A program made the translations under genes and the position numbers. A DNA stretch of 64,000 nucleotides from Ascidiella aspersa (lineage: Eukaryota), in the NCBI GenBank assembly GCA_963924565.1, contig OZ004608.1, positions 6,076,001-6,140,000 on the forward strand, written 5' to 3'. A model generated the notes under the pieces. The model was not told the origin of the DNA. It saw only the letters and a program-made list of their open reading frames with translations, and ran no database searches. This document shows, piece by piece, positions 22,964 to 37,400 of the stretch (position 1 is its first letter; each line of letters starts with the position of its first letter).

Positions 22964-25900
22964 CCTACAGTACATGGCTGTGTTGCGAGCTAAAAAGCTT
23001 TTTAAACTGAATGGGCATATAATAAAACTCGTACGAATGTTCCACTAAAGGCAACCTTATGATAACCTCGAATACTATAGTTGCATAAAGCCTATTGATT
23101 TCAGGCAAACTGTAAAACCGCCTCTTCCTATGGTGTATGTGACGCATTACACTTTGCAAGATACTCAGGAATTGTGTGGGACAAAGCCCTGGCGGAATTG
23201 TTTATAAAATGTCGGTTTCAAATAGGTTTTAAAAAAGTTTAACAGAGTATAAGTGCGTTAAAAAAATGTACTTCTTCTTAGACATGATAGAGTGCTCGCT
23301 CGCACTGCTTGCTCTTTTGCAATGTTCTGATAATCGAAACCCTAGTAGGTAAACGTGGTCGATGATCTTGCAATATTCCACCAGTTTGTCGTCCACCAGT
23401 ATATCGGGGGTTTACCTTAACCCTAGGCCTTGAGCGTGAAGCAATTTAAAAAAATTTCACTATTTAATTTTTTCTTTGTGCTGTCATATATGTTCTCTCG
23501 GAAACATTTTAATGGTTAGACAACATTGATCTTTTTATATGAAGCCGCCAGACACAGTTTAACGTTTTGTTAAGCTTAAATTGATTTTAACAGCTCATGT
23601 TGCAAAACGCAACATTAAAGAAGTCTAAAATAACCGCACTCCAATATGTTGTTCTATCCGTTTGGTGAAAGAAACTTTTGACCAAGAACATTAGTGTTTT
23701 TTAAATTAACTTATTTGCCAAAAATAAACGACTGGGTAAAAATCTGTGGCAACATTTGAAAAAATGAAGGAAAATCCTATTTTTTTTTTAATGTTTCCCT
23801 GGGACCAAATATTTTTAACCCCTTTAATGCTTTTAGCGGGAAAACCTCCAAAAGTACCTGGAGCAAAAAATACACAAGGTTATCGATGCCCGAAAGATGT
23901 TTGGTTGCAATATTGTAACTTTGTAGGGCAGTGTTTATTCAATTTTTTTGTTTTGTTAACCCCTAGCTATCTTCAGATTTCATTCAACCTTGTCTCATGA
24001 TACGATAAAACTAACTTGTCTATATATAACTGCACAAAATGTCTTACTGCAGAGCTATCATCCATTTCTGACGATTCACCCTTATTCACCCCTTTTAGTT
24101 GGTTCACCCTGCACAATTTTTATTCACCCTCGGGTGAACCATTCACGTGTTTAAGAAACACGTTTTAGGGTGTTTGACGGAACTTTCTCCTTTGGCACAA
24201 AAATGCTACGTTTTTTCAAATACGCCTATCACCGGTAAGTGTCGCTTTCGCACTACTAAGAAATCTAATGTTTGCGCTGGTTAATTTGCACAGAGCCTGA
24301 CTTCGGGAAAACTCAGTCAAATCGGCGGGAACTTGAGCTTCATTTTGCGGCGACGGCAATGAACAATAATCACTAAATTTAAGACATATGTAGTAAGAAT
24401 AGCAAAGCCAATACTGAAGTTTAAACGTTTCGAATAACTCTTTATTTGTTTTCAATATCAGACATATGGATGCTTAATCCAACTGTTGGACATGTTGTTT
24501 TATATAGAGCTCATGCTGGTCATTTAGCGTTTCCACAATGGCTTAACCAAATAGCAAAAGTACTTTGAATCAGAGCAAAAACAACAATCGACGATATGCA
24601 TCATTAACGGTGGTGAAAACAACTAAACTCGCATCTTAAAAATGTTACTCAGGCAAACCGTGCCTACACCTAACCTCATGATAAGCTATTCAAACAGCGT
24701 AATGCACAGGGAATGTGTGTAGTAGAACGATAAGAAGGTTAATTAAGGTAACTTTTAAAAACTCGACGGTAACTCAAAGCGTTTAAGAATCGTTTCACAC
24801 CGAAACCAAAAAATAAATGAAAATAAATGCTGAACAGATTTAGAATTTTGTACGTTAACTTGAAACATAGTTTTTTTAGTCTTCTAATTGACTTTGCACA
24901 GAGCCTGACTTTAGGAAACGTAATTTATTTCGGACTTATGATGTATTTCATAGGCCGTGATGTTGATTAAACCTGCATTTGACATCTTTATTAAATTTAT
25001 TTGCCAAACTGTTCGAACACGCAGCACAAGCGCGGTGGTTCAGAGGTTTTACAAATTTATGTTTAATAAAACTTAGCATAAATTGGACATAGTGTAATGT
25101 TGGGTGATTTGTTGGCAAAATCCTACAATAAGAACGATGGTTGCTTACAGAACACTTTTGCTGTGTGTTATCTGAGTTGTGTTGTTAGGATTTTCAACAT
25201 TTCAACGGTTCTTCTCAATATAAACGAGAATCCTATTGTTTCAACTAATATAAACCGTCCTGCTTTGCTTATTATTTTCTCAACTAAGAAACAACGTACG
25301 TTGATGTTTGCGAACTACTGTAGTTTATTATGTTAAGTCAGGGGTCAGCAGAGTGAATTCTAACGGCCCGCTGCAGATTTCCTTAACGATGATAAAGTGC
25401 AGTTGAAAATTTGTCGGATTCAATTACAAATTACCTTTTACTTAATATTTTAAACTGAACAACAATTGATTAAAACTCACTACAGTTGCATAATTGGTTA
25501 TAAATTATTCGTTAGGCAAAAATCGTGTGAACTAATTGGACAGAAAATTTAACTCCGGTTCCCTATCGCCCGAACTTACAGATAATTCGGCAATTTATGT
25601 CAGAAGTGGTGGCTCCTGTGTTAAGCGCTGTAGATAAATTGGGCTCCATATATTCTTCAGGTTTTACTTTCAAAAAGTGTAAGATTAAGCGACATCGATT
25701 AAAAAATGCAGAACGTTTCATCATTATTGAAAATTTTATGAGATATAGACAGTGTTACAGATATTTGTGAAACGTAAGTCACATAGAAAATCGAGTGTTA
25801 TTTTTTAGTGGCGGAAATTTATAGTAACTTTTGTAAAACTATTTATAGATACAAACTTTTTACAGTAGTTGAACGAACACTTTTTCTTGTAATTCGCGCG

Positions 25901-26212
25901 ATACAAGAGTTGTTGTTTGTGCTATTTAACAAAAATCAGAACACAGTGCGAATAACAGTATTTCTCATGAAGCACATTATTTATGAAATTGTTTCAGATA
26001 CTAAGGGTCAAGTCTATGAAGCGAATCTAAAGTTTTAGGTAATTACCTTGCACAGAACCCCAACTACACCTACAGAAAATATAAAAGTGAATTAATCAGG
26101 AAGAATAAAACTCTAAATTTACGTCCAATATTGTTTATACCGAGAAATGAACATTGGTTCATTTTTCTAACTGTTGTAAGGAGGCTTTTATTCGTATTGC
26201 ATTTGTTATGGA

Positions 26213-29200
26213 TTAGAGGTTAGATTCGTCCCTAAACTCGACGTATCCCGGGTCTTTTTCCTCATTTTCCTGGACTGGAAACACTGGGTTGGGTTTCACG
26301 TAACCGCCTTCTTCTTCTTCGTAAGTACATTCTTCTGGACCTTAAAATACTATGGATTATCATGCAATTTGTTAAAAATTGATAAAGTATTTTTTTCTTA
26401 GGTTTTCTGTATATATTACAAACTTAATAACTTTGGTACATCACTGATTGTTGCTTAAAACGTTTTCTGAATTAAAGCATTTTCATTCTGCAGTGGTGTA
26501 TGAGATTTAAGGAGGCGAGTCATAATTTTAGACGATTAAAATAAAAAATAATTTAGGCTTACTGTGAAATAGAAAACTTCTTAACCTGCTTAATTATGGC
26601 GTAACAATTCCTAGATTTGTCGATATACTTTCGTTACATCTTTTATTAGTTTTTTTTATTATAAGTGTTGCATTCAGCGAAGTGTGAAATTTCAACAGCT
26701 ATTCACTTCGAGTTATTCCCAGATTTATTTAACAGTATTTAAATAAGCTAACAAGCAAAGTTTCGCACATTTAAGGAGTCACAAGAGGAGTTTGCGAATT
26801 TCCGGTGGTAGTTTGGACTGAAAATAGAAACATTTTTCACTCTAGAATCGCGTAATAATCCTCCATTTCTCGGTTCATTTCTTGGCATAGAATCTAGTCT
26901 ATTCGACTGATTTCCTATCCGTTCATTTTGGTGCCAAAACTAAAAGGAGGACTAGGCTTAGTGCACGCAGCATTACGTTTAAAATTGGTGTTAACGTAGA
27001 CATGCTTCGTGTGAGATGTGCTTGCTATGGGAACTTCGTAGGCACTTTCCACAACCACTTCAGAATCTTTTTTTGGGCATCTAGAAATGTAGGGTCTTTT
27101 TAACTCTGGGTAAATGGGCAAGCTATTGGTTTGTGTTAAAGAATAAAATACGGTGAATAAATACTGATGTATTATATGTACAATGTCACACAAACCTTTT
27201 CTTTATATGAAGATCAAATTTTATATTATTTTTAATTTCAAAAATTAATAGTTTCATGAGCATCAGCGTATTGAATTTCTATAAATACCCAAAACACGTT
27301 AAACATAATAATCATAACACATTTCGGTCGGGCATACTTGCGCTTATTGGCGAAAGTGAAAATCTAAACAGTTGTTATGTTTATATTAAAACGTTCTCAC
27401 ATATTTTGAGCAATAGTTTTTATTCGGTTGTATGTCTTTACTTGCCTTATCTGGTGACGTAGGTGAAAAATATGTATGCCAACGGATGCCAACAAGAGAA
27501 GAACAAGAACGACTACCGCTATGGTGAGACCGTGGGCAGATTCCGTTTTAACAGGCCTGTTTTGAGCTGTGAATAAAGCAATAGTTAAGTGTAGTTTTCT
27601 AGGTAAATTTTATTTTCTACAAACACCCTTAAGTAAAAAACGTCTTGAGGAGGGTATGACTAATTTTACCACCTTTTATAGAATCCCGGTACACTAAGAT
27701 ATTCCTATTTTGCCAGCATTCTATCATTAATGCTATTTTTAAACCGCTTTTCGCGTATTGCGTCGCACTATTTTTGGTGGTGGCGCAAAAAGTCTCTTAA
27801 CGGCAACATGTTTTAGGTCCGTGCTCCGCAACCTTTTTCACTTACGGTACACCAACAGACCCTGAACAAATTCAGCGGCACACCTCCTAAATATTTGACG
27901 ACCGACAATGGACAACATAAGCAAAGCGTTTCTGGTTATACGGTTTTACGGTCTTCTAAAAATATTTAAGACAGAGAAGGTGGTTAAATTGTACCCGTAA
28001 TGTAGCGGATGTGGCAACATTAAAGGCTTTCAACAACAAATTCAAAAATTGAAATCCAATAATTGGGTTTTGTACTTTTTTGCCTAATTTATTTTTCCGA
28101 ACAGACTGTTTTTAACAATTTTTTTTTAAGATCATTTTTAACAATCAATGTAACACATTTACTTCATGGGTTTAAAGTGTATGGATAATTATCTTCCTTT
28201 AAACTTTGGTGTAAAGTAAACAGTTAATGTATATTTATACTCCTGGTAGTTGTACGAGTTAAATAAACTATTTTAACATTTAAATTTGGCGATTGAACCT
28301 TACTTAGGTTTTAAACGAGGTTAAAATATAAAGGAAAGTTGTTTTTGCCAAAAGTCACCTTTGAAAAAAGTAAAAGTAAAGCACATCGAGAAGCATCGTG
28401 AAATAAATACCTAATTTAAACACGAAGTTAACTCACGTTTCAAAGTTTTACCCACCCCTATCTGGTTGCCGGTTTATGTGACAAAACCGTACCCCCATCC
28501 AATAGTTTGTGTTAGTTTTCCGGGTTTAAGGTTTTCGCATTGTAAAAATCAATAGTTGATCAAATAAAAACGTTATGGTTTTTATTATTGATATTAGGAT
28601 CTATGCATGTTTAAAAAAATCTCAAACGACTTTAATTATATAGAAGTGCTTAAAGATATGTTTTTACTTCGCGTCTCTTTTTGGCTCTATTAATGATTAT
28701 TTGTGACCAATGTAAAATTATGGCAAAATCACATGAGTCCGAATTGACTTACCTGGTACGCAGCTGGAAACCAAAGTAGTTGGTGCCGTGGTATTAGCTT
28801 TGCCCATGGAGACAGAATCCACTGTGTTCGTTTGTTTTTCGTTGGTTGTAACTGTGGAAGGCGAGGAAGTGACATGCTTTGTTTGTATAGCGCTACTGAT
28901 TGCTGTCACCTTATCTAGACAGAAAATGTTGATTCGCTTTACGTTAACGCGGCGCAATTACGAATTTTATTTAAAGCACGTTTAACTCGCATCTGCTTCG
29001 TACAACTGTATTTTAAACAATGTTTCATGTTTATTAAACACAAACACAAGATCGAGAGTATAACAGTCCTATTAGAATTACGTATTTTGCCAAAATGAAC
29101 TACATGAAACTTCTACGTGATTTTGGAATGTCTTTTGTTGCCTAATTTTACATCACGCTACTTGTCTTAACCAGATCTGGAAGTGAAATGTTTATTATGG

Positions 29201-30303
29201 CTTCACTTTAACACTAAAATAACTTAACGCGAATCTTATATTGACTAAAATTAGTAACTCGCTTTGTTGTGGTCTGTTGGCTTGAATTTTTGCAATGCAT
29301 GATAAATTTTACTGTTTTTATTAAATATGGCAAAACATCGCTTGTACAACGGCACTGTTTGAAGTACAATGTTGGCCTACATAAACTAGATAAACTCAAG
29401 TTTGACGCGTATTTTGAAAGTAGTTTTGTTACACATTTTTGTCGCGACAATATAGCTATAGCGTCTCTTTTAACGCTTATAGTAAACTTTTACAAAATTA
29501 CAATTTTTCTTGGTTAATCTAGTTATTACATGTTTTGCACAGTATATATGGTTATAATGTTTTACGTAAAACTTATATAATTCAAAAAATTAGTAGAACG
29601 CAACATGAAGCTTGGCCGATTATTTTAAGGGCACCCTTAAACAAAAATCGTTTATCCTTGCCACATTTTTTTAGCTATTCTGATCCATTTAATTTCTTAT
29701 ATGATTTGTAGCATTTTTCAATTGAGCTGCCCGGTTTCTGTTTATTTGTTTTTTTTGCAAAACAAATAGGATATATTTACTCACCAATAGTTCTCTGGCA
29801 GATGTATCCGAATGTTGTTGTGCGGCAAGGAGTGTCATACCACAGTAAATAGTCACTCCAGGAAATACCCATGGTGACGCAACTCTCATCTACAGCAGTA
29901 TATCCTCCGTTGTCAGGTTGCTGATTTCCCCAGGACGTATACATCAAACCTGTTCCATCCAACCACCGGAACTCACCACCACTTACGTTCCGCTTCAAAC
30001 CGATGTAAAACCCTTTCCTCGGAACTGTAAACAAACGTTGGGTAAGGCCACAAGTGATGTAAAACTACAAGAAAGTGGAAGGTTTTGTCACAAACCTGTA
30101 AAATTCGTCAGAAAATTCTGAATCCTTGAAGAGTTGACTTTTGCCAAAGTTGCGTTTAGATTGCTACAAGCGGCACTTGCTCCATTAAAATTTGTCAAAT
30201 CGCTTGCAGCAATGTAGTATACCTTCCCGTTTAACTGGTGCCAAGTAACAGCTCTTGCTGCAGTCAGAAGATAACACGCAACTAGTAATGTAGCAATTCG
30301 CAT
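26213..30303 (-). CDS. C-type lectin receptor B2: QPD-type CTLD, mucin stalk, TM, Tyr-motif tail
   Basis: Exons 30303-30096, 30024-29785 (QQPDNGGYTAVDESC..WYDTPC), 28914-28753, 27566-27446 (TM, GC donor), 27080-26977, 26340-26213 (TYEEEEGGYVKP..GYVEFRDESNL*). Open frame. Confidence 0.8.
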
Positions 30304-33300
30304 TTTCGTGAATCAATTTTTAAATATTCTACAGGAACCTAAAAACAGAAACTATAAGCCTAAGCCGATTTTGGTTCCAGTGATTGCATTTAAGGTTGAT
30401 TTACCGACCACTTCAAAACTTATGTACTATTAGCAACGGAAAACTAATAGATATATTTGCAAAATATAACCTTACATCAGGGTGGACTTTGACTCAAGTT
30501 AGTATTTTCTACTCTATTCTGCTTTCCATATCTCTTTATTATGGCGCCAGTAGATATATATATTCTATATGAAATACCCGGTGTTGCCCAGGTTGACTGT
30601 TTGTCAGTTTAATTCTAACTGACAAAAGACTGTTCCAGTTGAGCATGATTTTCCGCCAGCAATAAGCACGATCTACGGTAGGTTATTAAAGAGGCGGTAA
30701 GGCATAATGCATCAAGCCTACATCGCGCCCAAAAGTTGCATTATATACGCGTTCTTAATAACAGAGTAAGTTTACTGAAATCGCGTATTGAAAGCCAAGT
30801 CACAACATTTAATCATGACGAAACTAATTAATAATTTATGTTAAAAAGCTATCACAAACAAAGGAATCCGCGAATTTACTGATTACGCTAAAAATTCGCA
30901 GCTTTAAAAAATCGTTATGGATGGTGACAAAATATTTATAATTTTTCTAGTTGCGATGAAATAAGCTTATATGAGGAGGTTGTAGTAAACCGTAGTAAGA
31001 TTATTAAAGACCATACATTAGTAGGTTGCATTTTGAAAAGGTTTAGTATAAATGTTAAGATGGCGACTGAAAGTTGTAGTTAGACGTAGTAAAATTTTTA
31101 AGCCCATACAGAAATAATTTTTTTTTAACTTTTCGAATATCTCTTTATTCATTTTTAACATCTCTTCAGATTTATTCAAAACGTTAGCAAAATGCAACCA
31201 CTACACAGGTCGAACGACGCGGAAAGAAATGGCTCATAGGCACCAAAGAGAAAAGTTAGTTGTGTTACGCTTCCTTAAAACTGCAATATATGTCAACTAA
31301 TTTGAGTAAAGACTTTAGTTATCGATGTACAGTTACAACATATAAAATAATAAAAATAACAAGACGCTTCCATACGTTTTTCTTATGACCCAAAACGCAT
31401 CATAAAGTTCGAAAGGAAGTATCACCGTGTCCGCCAGCCTTTGCAGCAATCCGGCATTTTTAACCCCTAGGTTAAGAGTATAAAAAAAATATTCGAAACT
31501 TCAGTCAATATGTGAACGGTAGTTTGCACTTTTGTATAAAACATTGAAACGCAAGTCAGCATTTCGTAAGCTTCTTACAAACTCAAAACTTTTTAGGAAT
31601 AAATTCTATATTGTTACTGTCACTATCTGATATCCTGTAAAACATTATTTCTTGCCCGAATTTCGTTTTTCTGGTTGTCCACTGTGGTATTTAATAAAAG
31701 CTTGCATATAGCACTGAAGTTTCAAGCTATCTGATTGACCTTTTTAATTTTAGTGTATTGAGTGCTCAGCTTATCTGATATATGTAGTCTTCATATGGGT
31801 TGTAAAACTGTAATAAAACCCTATATTATATTAATGCTCAGTGTTAAAACTCTTGATTTGCACCAGCAGAGCTCTTTATACTATTTAAAGATTTCCCAGT
31901 TACGGTCGACAAGCCTAAAAAGGAGAATCACTATTAAAACTTCCTAAACCATCCGTAAGACTTTAACCATAACATATCAAAATTTCAATAAATAAAGTGT
32001 CCTACAATAGCTGAATATTTTCTGAAATACAATTCAGTGTCGGGTTTCAGCTTTTACAGCATTGTGGTCTTTTAGTCAAACCCTTTTAGTTCCTTGTTAT
32101 AACGTAATAGTTTTCACCCTACAGAAACAATGGCCTTATGTGAATAGACTTGATGTAATATCCGTCATTTGGCGCCTATGTTCGGCAATGAAGTATCTAA
32201 TGGCGAAACAAGCGGTGATAGCGCGTATACAAGAGAGAGAAGAGGAAAGACAAAACTGTTCACTTCGTGTTCACGTATGCGGAAGGAAAATTACAGGGAA
32301 CCTACCAGACAAATAAATAAAGACCTTATTAAAATATATTTCCCCAGCTTCGGCAGTATATCTCAGTAAATACAACTACAGTATTGTATAGGCATTGAGG
32401 AGAATAATTCAAAAACGAAAATTACCAAATTAAAATCATGAAACTCCAGCAAACCATAATTATGTCCAAAACAACAACAAAAGTAGAATAACGCATCAAC
32501 AAACAGCTGAAAAGCGGCAAAGGAAAAACCGAAAGAAAAGGTGAAGTAGAAGCAGAAACACGACACCAACACGAAAGTAAGAACACAAAAAACACGGTAA
32601 CGCCAACACATTTGAGGCAGTAACATTTTTGAATCTTAACTTTGGCTTTAATTTTATTCGGCCACCTTATGTCTTCGCAAGTATCTATGCATGAAAAACC
32701 GGGGCTGACGAACAAAGTGTAATTCAACGTAACATTTAGAACTTATTTAGTTGTTAAGGGTTGTAATATATCGTAATGGTGCTAATACAACGCTGTGATT
32801 TCACTTGACCCATCGTTTAAAAGTATATTCTCCATAAGGAACTGTGAGTAGAACCAGTGTTCCCTATCGGAAAATTTTCTTCCGCTCAAATCTTTTTTGT
32901 TGTGCACAAGAATAATAATTGAAGTCTGCGTTGGCAGGGGCCCGCGGCAGATCAACGTATTTTTTTGTTTTTCGGCGAGGCGTGAAAATTTTAAAGATGA
33001 AAAATGTATGTCCCCAAAATGAATTGGATTTCATGATCCCGATTTATTGTCAAACACTCCACTGCTGTGTTCGGCACTGTTTAAAACTAATTGTTTAAAG
33101 CAAATAAAGACTTTTAATTGATTTTGACACTTATTTGTTATATGCTCTATATATGTTCTTATCAGTGGCTTATCCAGACATACCGCCCCAAACTTTATAT
33201 TGCGTTGAGCCTTTGTGTAACCTTGTGATACAGTTAGAAAATGTATGTCATAATGCGATAATGCAAGAAGGTTAATTTAAGACCCTGCAACACAAAAAAG

Positions 33301-34446
33301 TAATTTAAATTTTAAAGTATTGCATGTTTTTATTCCTTAAGGTGAACCTTTAGCATTCCGTGCCTATAAAGCCAACCTTTGGCGAATATGTACTGGATTA
33401 TAGCTAAATGATTTTCCAAATTTAACATGCAAATATATCACTAACTTCGGAAAATTTTATTTGTTTCGGCGGGAAAACGCATCTCATTTTGCCGCGACGA
33501 TCTTTAAATATGAATATTTTAAAACATAGGAGTGTTTATTTATTCTTGATTATTTGACCTAACTATTCTATTTAGCACATCTTAAACGTGTTTGTTTTGT
33601 ATTCCCGTAAAGACCTTAAAGGTCAAAAATATTTTTGGTATCAACACGGTGTGATCAATAGCTTCCTGTAGTTCTCAGCCTTGTTTTCGACGTTGTTTGT
33701 TGCTGGGCTTTTATAAATCGCAATGTTGCCTCGTTAGCAAGTCGTAGATTTTAAAATTACCGCTGCCCATATATGAGATTTTCGAAAAGTATTGTACAAA
33801 TGTTACAATGTATCGAAAATTTCCTCTTAAATATACCAATTTGTTTCGTCGGCATAAACAATTCAATATTGCGTACATAATATATTTAAGTTCATTTTAA
33901 AAGACACAAGGTGCTTTAATGTTTTCGAGATATTTTTTTTATGTTCAGTATCAGTGGCTTAAACAAACCAATACAGGTTATTTCAACGAATTTGTGTAGA
34001 ATTCAGCAAAATGAGATTATAAACAAAAACAAACCGACTGCTAAGCAAAACAAAAAGCAATTTGTTTTGGCTAACATTGGGTGGAACTTTAAATCGAACT
34101 TTTCATTTGTAACAAATCACAAAAACAACACTAAACATCAGATTAAAACAAGACCTGAAATTTAAAGAGAAATAAATATTAACCAAACAGTAATGATAGA
34201 GATGTACAAATAGCGATGAGTTACAATTAGGACGCGTGATTTACTAGCAATAAGAAAACAAAACAGTTCAGAATGCATTATATCAATACTTCACTCAAGC
34301 TGCGATCATAGAAGTTATCTAAATAAATATAAAATGCTTCAGTAGGGAACGTTGGATGTCTAATTTCATGTAAACTATTTCCATACCGAGAGAATATTAA
34401 CCAAACCGACTGTGTGTTTTATTGGTAATTAATTTGCTTTAGCTCA

Positions 34447-37400
34447 TTAGCATGATTGATCTGGCGACTTGAACTCGACGTATCCCAGGTCTGTTTCCTC
34501 ATTTCCCTGGACCGGAAACACGGGGTTGGGTTTCACGTAGCCACTTTCTTCTTCTTCGTCCGTACATTCTTTTGAGCCTTAAAATATTCTTTTTCGTAAA
34601 TTGAATTAGGGATCATTAAAACCACGGAATCTTTGCAAGTTTGTTACTGTTTTCCATTCTACTTGGTATCGCTCCGAAACACATAACTACCTCTAATCAT
34701 GCTTTCTCTTTAGAATATAATCATTTCCATAATTTATTTAATGTCTTACCACGTGTTGCTTCGAAGTAGACCGCTTCCTGTATGGAAATGGATACATTGT
34801 CTTCCACCGTGCTGTACTCAACAATCAATCCACCACTTGAACGTTGGTTTTGCCCATTAGTAGCAGGATTAACGGCGGTGGTTGAGGTTGCCATTCCTGT
34901 TATGTTCAGGTGCGAGTTCTCGTTGTCGTATTGTTGTGTGCTTTCGAGTTGCAGCGTTGAGTATTCTTGACGCGTTTCTGGCAACTCGTACTCGTTTTCC
35001 GCTTCATCCTGGTCTGTACGAGTCAAAATAACTTTTAAATGAAGAACCTACCGGCCTATGCAAGACATATACTTAAAAATAAAAAACGAATTAACAATAG
35101 TAAAGGTACACTTTTTAATTCTATACGGCAGGAGCAAAATAGATTACAATTTTGTGAGGATTTGGATAAACTATTTTAGATGATTGAAGCATAACAACCG
35201 GATGATGTAGTTGGCGTACAACAAATATCAAATCCCAAGCAGAAACAGGCAGCATTTTATATACATTAAAATACCTTTTTATTCACAAGGATACCTATAC
35301 TTGCACTTTTGGGGGCTTCATTATTTATTCTTGGTCTATATATAATGCCTCATATTCATGCAAACTTATCCAGGCCGATCGATCTTTCGCAAAAGGTCGT
35401 TTAGCGGTTAAAATATCCCCCATAATCATTGACTTAAAATACAGCAAAATAAACAGTTTAAAAAAATACGTTTAACTTAGAATAAACCGTTATGTGGTTG
35501 TGTTGCTGCTGTTTTAGTCGCCTCCGTTGTTCTACGCTTCCTGAAATGGAAGCAAAGCACAGATAAACAAACCACGGTAAAGTATTATTAGTCAAAGCCT
35601 TCCACCCACCTCAGACAATGCACAACAGCAACTACTGCGCAACAAAGAAGCACAGCTCCCGCGATTGAAGCGGCTAATGTTGTGGTTAGATTTCCTGTGC
35701 CTCCAGATGACATGGTTGTGCTGTAGACTACAAAGCAAACACGTGTAAATCTCTTTTGATAACAATTTGACCATAAACGAGAAAAAGGTATTACTCCTGT
35801 TTGGTTGTCAATTAAAAGAAAAACCCAAACAATTTCGCAGCTAAAGCCAATTTACGATTAGGCCTATCATACTCTATTTGGTTATTAGGCAATTTTAAAT
35901 GAACTTATATTTACCTTGCGATCCAGTTTCTGTTGTTATAATAAAGCTTTCCGTCACATGTGAAGTCACACTGTCGTTTTGGGCCTGGTCTGTAGACAAT
36001 TTGTGTAATCCGCTTTAAATAGTTATTGGCAATGGTTAAATCAGTGTTTTTTTTTCTTTTTTTTTTAACTTGGGGGCGCACCTTTTTAACTTGGGGGCGC
36101 ACCTGGAGGCATTTTGAAACGAGGCGGCGCACTTTTTGAGCGAAGCGGGCGCGAAATATTTGAGCTCTACCTGTTTTTTTCTTAAATAGGTTGCAATTTT
36201 TTATTATATAGGCTTTATAGTATATTTAAAGAGACTCCACCCTTGAGACCAAAATAAGAACAACATTAACTTGGCAATAAAAAAACAATGACGAAAATCG
36301 GAATAAGACCTAATTGGACAAAATAAGGCCAGATACAACCTTTATTTAACCCCAAACACCATACGTAACTATCACCAACTCCCCGAATATTTTCAACCTT
36401 ATTATAATTAATCCAATTGCTAACACCACCAACTACCCGCCCATAAAGCCCAAACAGAGGCAAAAAAACGGGGCCAAAACAGCGGCGCCTAAATATCGGC
36501 AGAAACGGCCAATGCCAAACAGGTGTCCCCCAATCATCCCATATCCTGATCATCCCATACCCAGTCTTGGGCGTAATTTTGTCCAGTTAGTTCTTATTTC
36601 GATTAATTTCGGGCTTAGTTCGACATGTTTAGGTCTTATCTAGACTATATTTTAGATATTTTTCTGTCTGGTCATTACTGCGAATTTGGCGTTATTATGT
36701 CGGTGGTCTTAGTACTATGGTATTATAGATTATCTGATTTAGATATTGCTGCTTTGCAGGTCATTGGAATCAATACTGTGGAATCAATAAGCTAAGCTTA
36801 ATAGGAAGGTAATTTCTAATTAGTGTTAATCCACTGTAAATATTAAAATTGCAGCGGCTAGTATATAGTGGTTTGGTTTCCTGAAAAGTTTCCAGATGAC
36901 ATGACTGCGCTAAAGACTACAAATCAAACACTTTTTAAGAAAAGCTAAAGTTTTCCAGTTTCAGCAAATATGCGATTACCTCACTCTATTTGGTTATTAG
37001 CAGTTTTAAAAGTTCTTATATTTACCTTGCGATCCAGTTTTTGTTGTTATATTAAAGCTTTCCGTCACGTATGACGTCACGTTGTCGATATGACCCTGGT
37101 CTTTAGACGATTTAGAAAATCCGCATTAAATAGTTAATGGCAAAGTCGAAGACAATAGTGAACTTTTTGCAAGTCTTATGTGTGCTTTACCTGCCTTTTT
37201 ACCACGGGCTACAAAAATTAGGGGTTTTGCATAACAAGTTTGCTGAGTAATAGTAGCATAATTCTTAACATCTGTCCAACCTTGTGGGTACGTTTAGTTT
37301 TCTCATGTTAAACGTTTATAAAGAAAATGTTTATTGTACGCTTTACGATACCTGAAATGCGTGAGTATTAGCCTGTTTCGAGACGTTATAGTTGGACAAT

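Larger units (their letters stand above)
4880..24215. repeat. Segmental duplication unit 1 (one B gene, one relic gene, one A gene)
   Basis: Collinear high similarity with 24216-39464. Near-identical spurious ORFs recur at 4884/24216/39465, 10162/29214 and 12983/32062. Confidence 0.85.
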
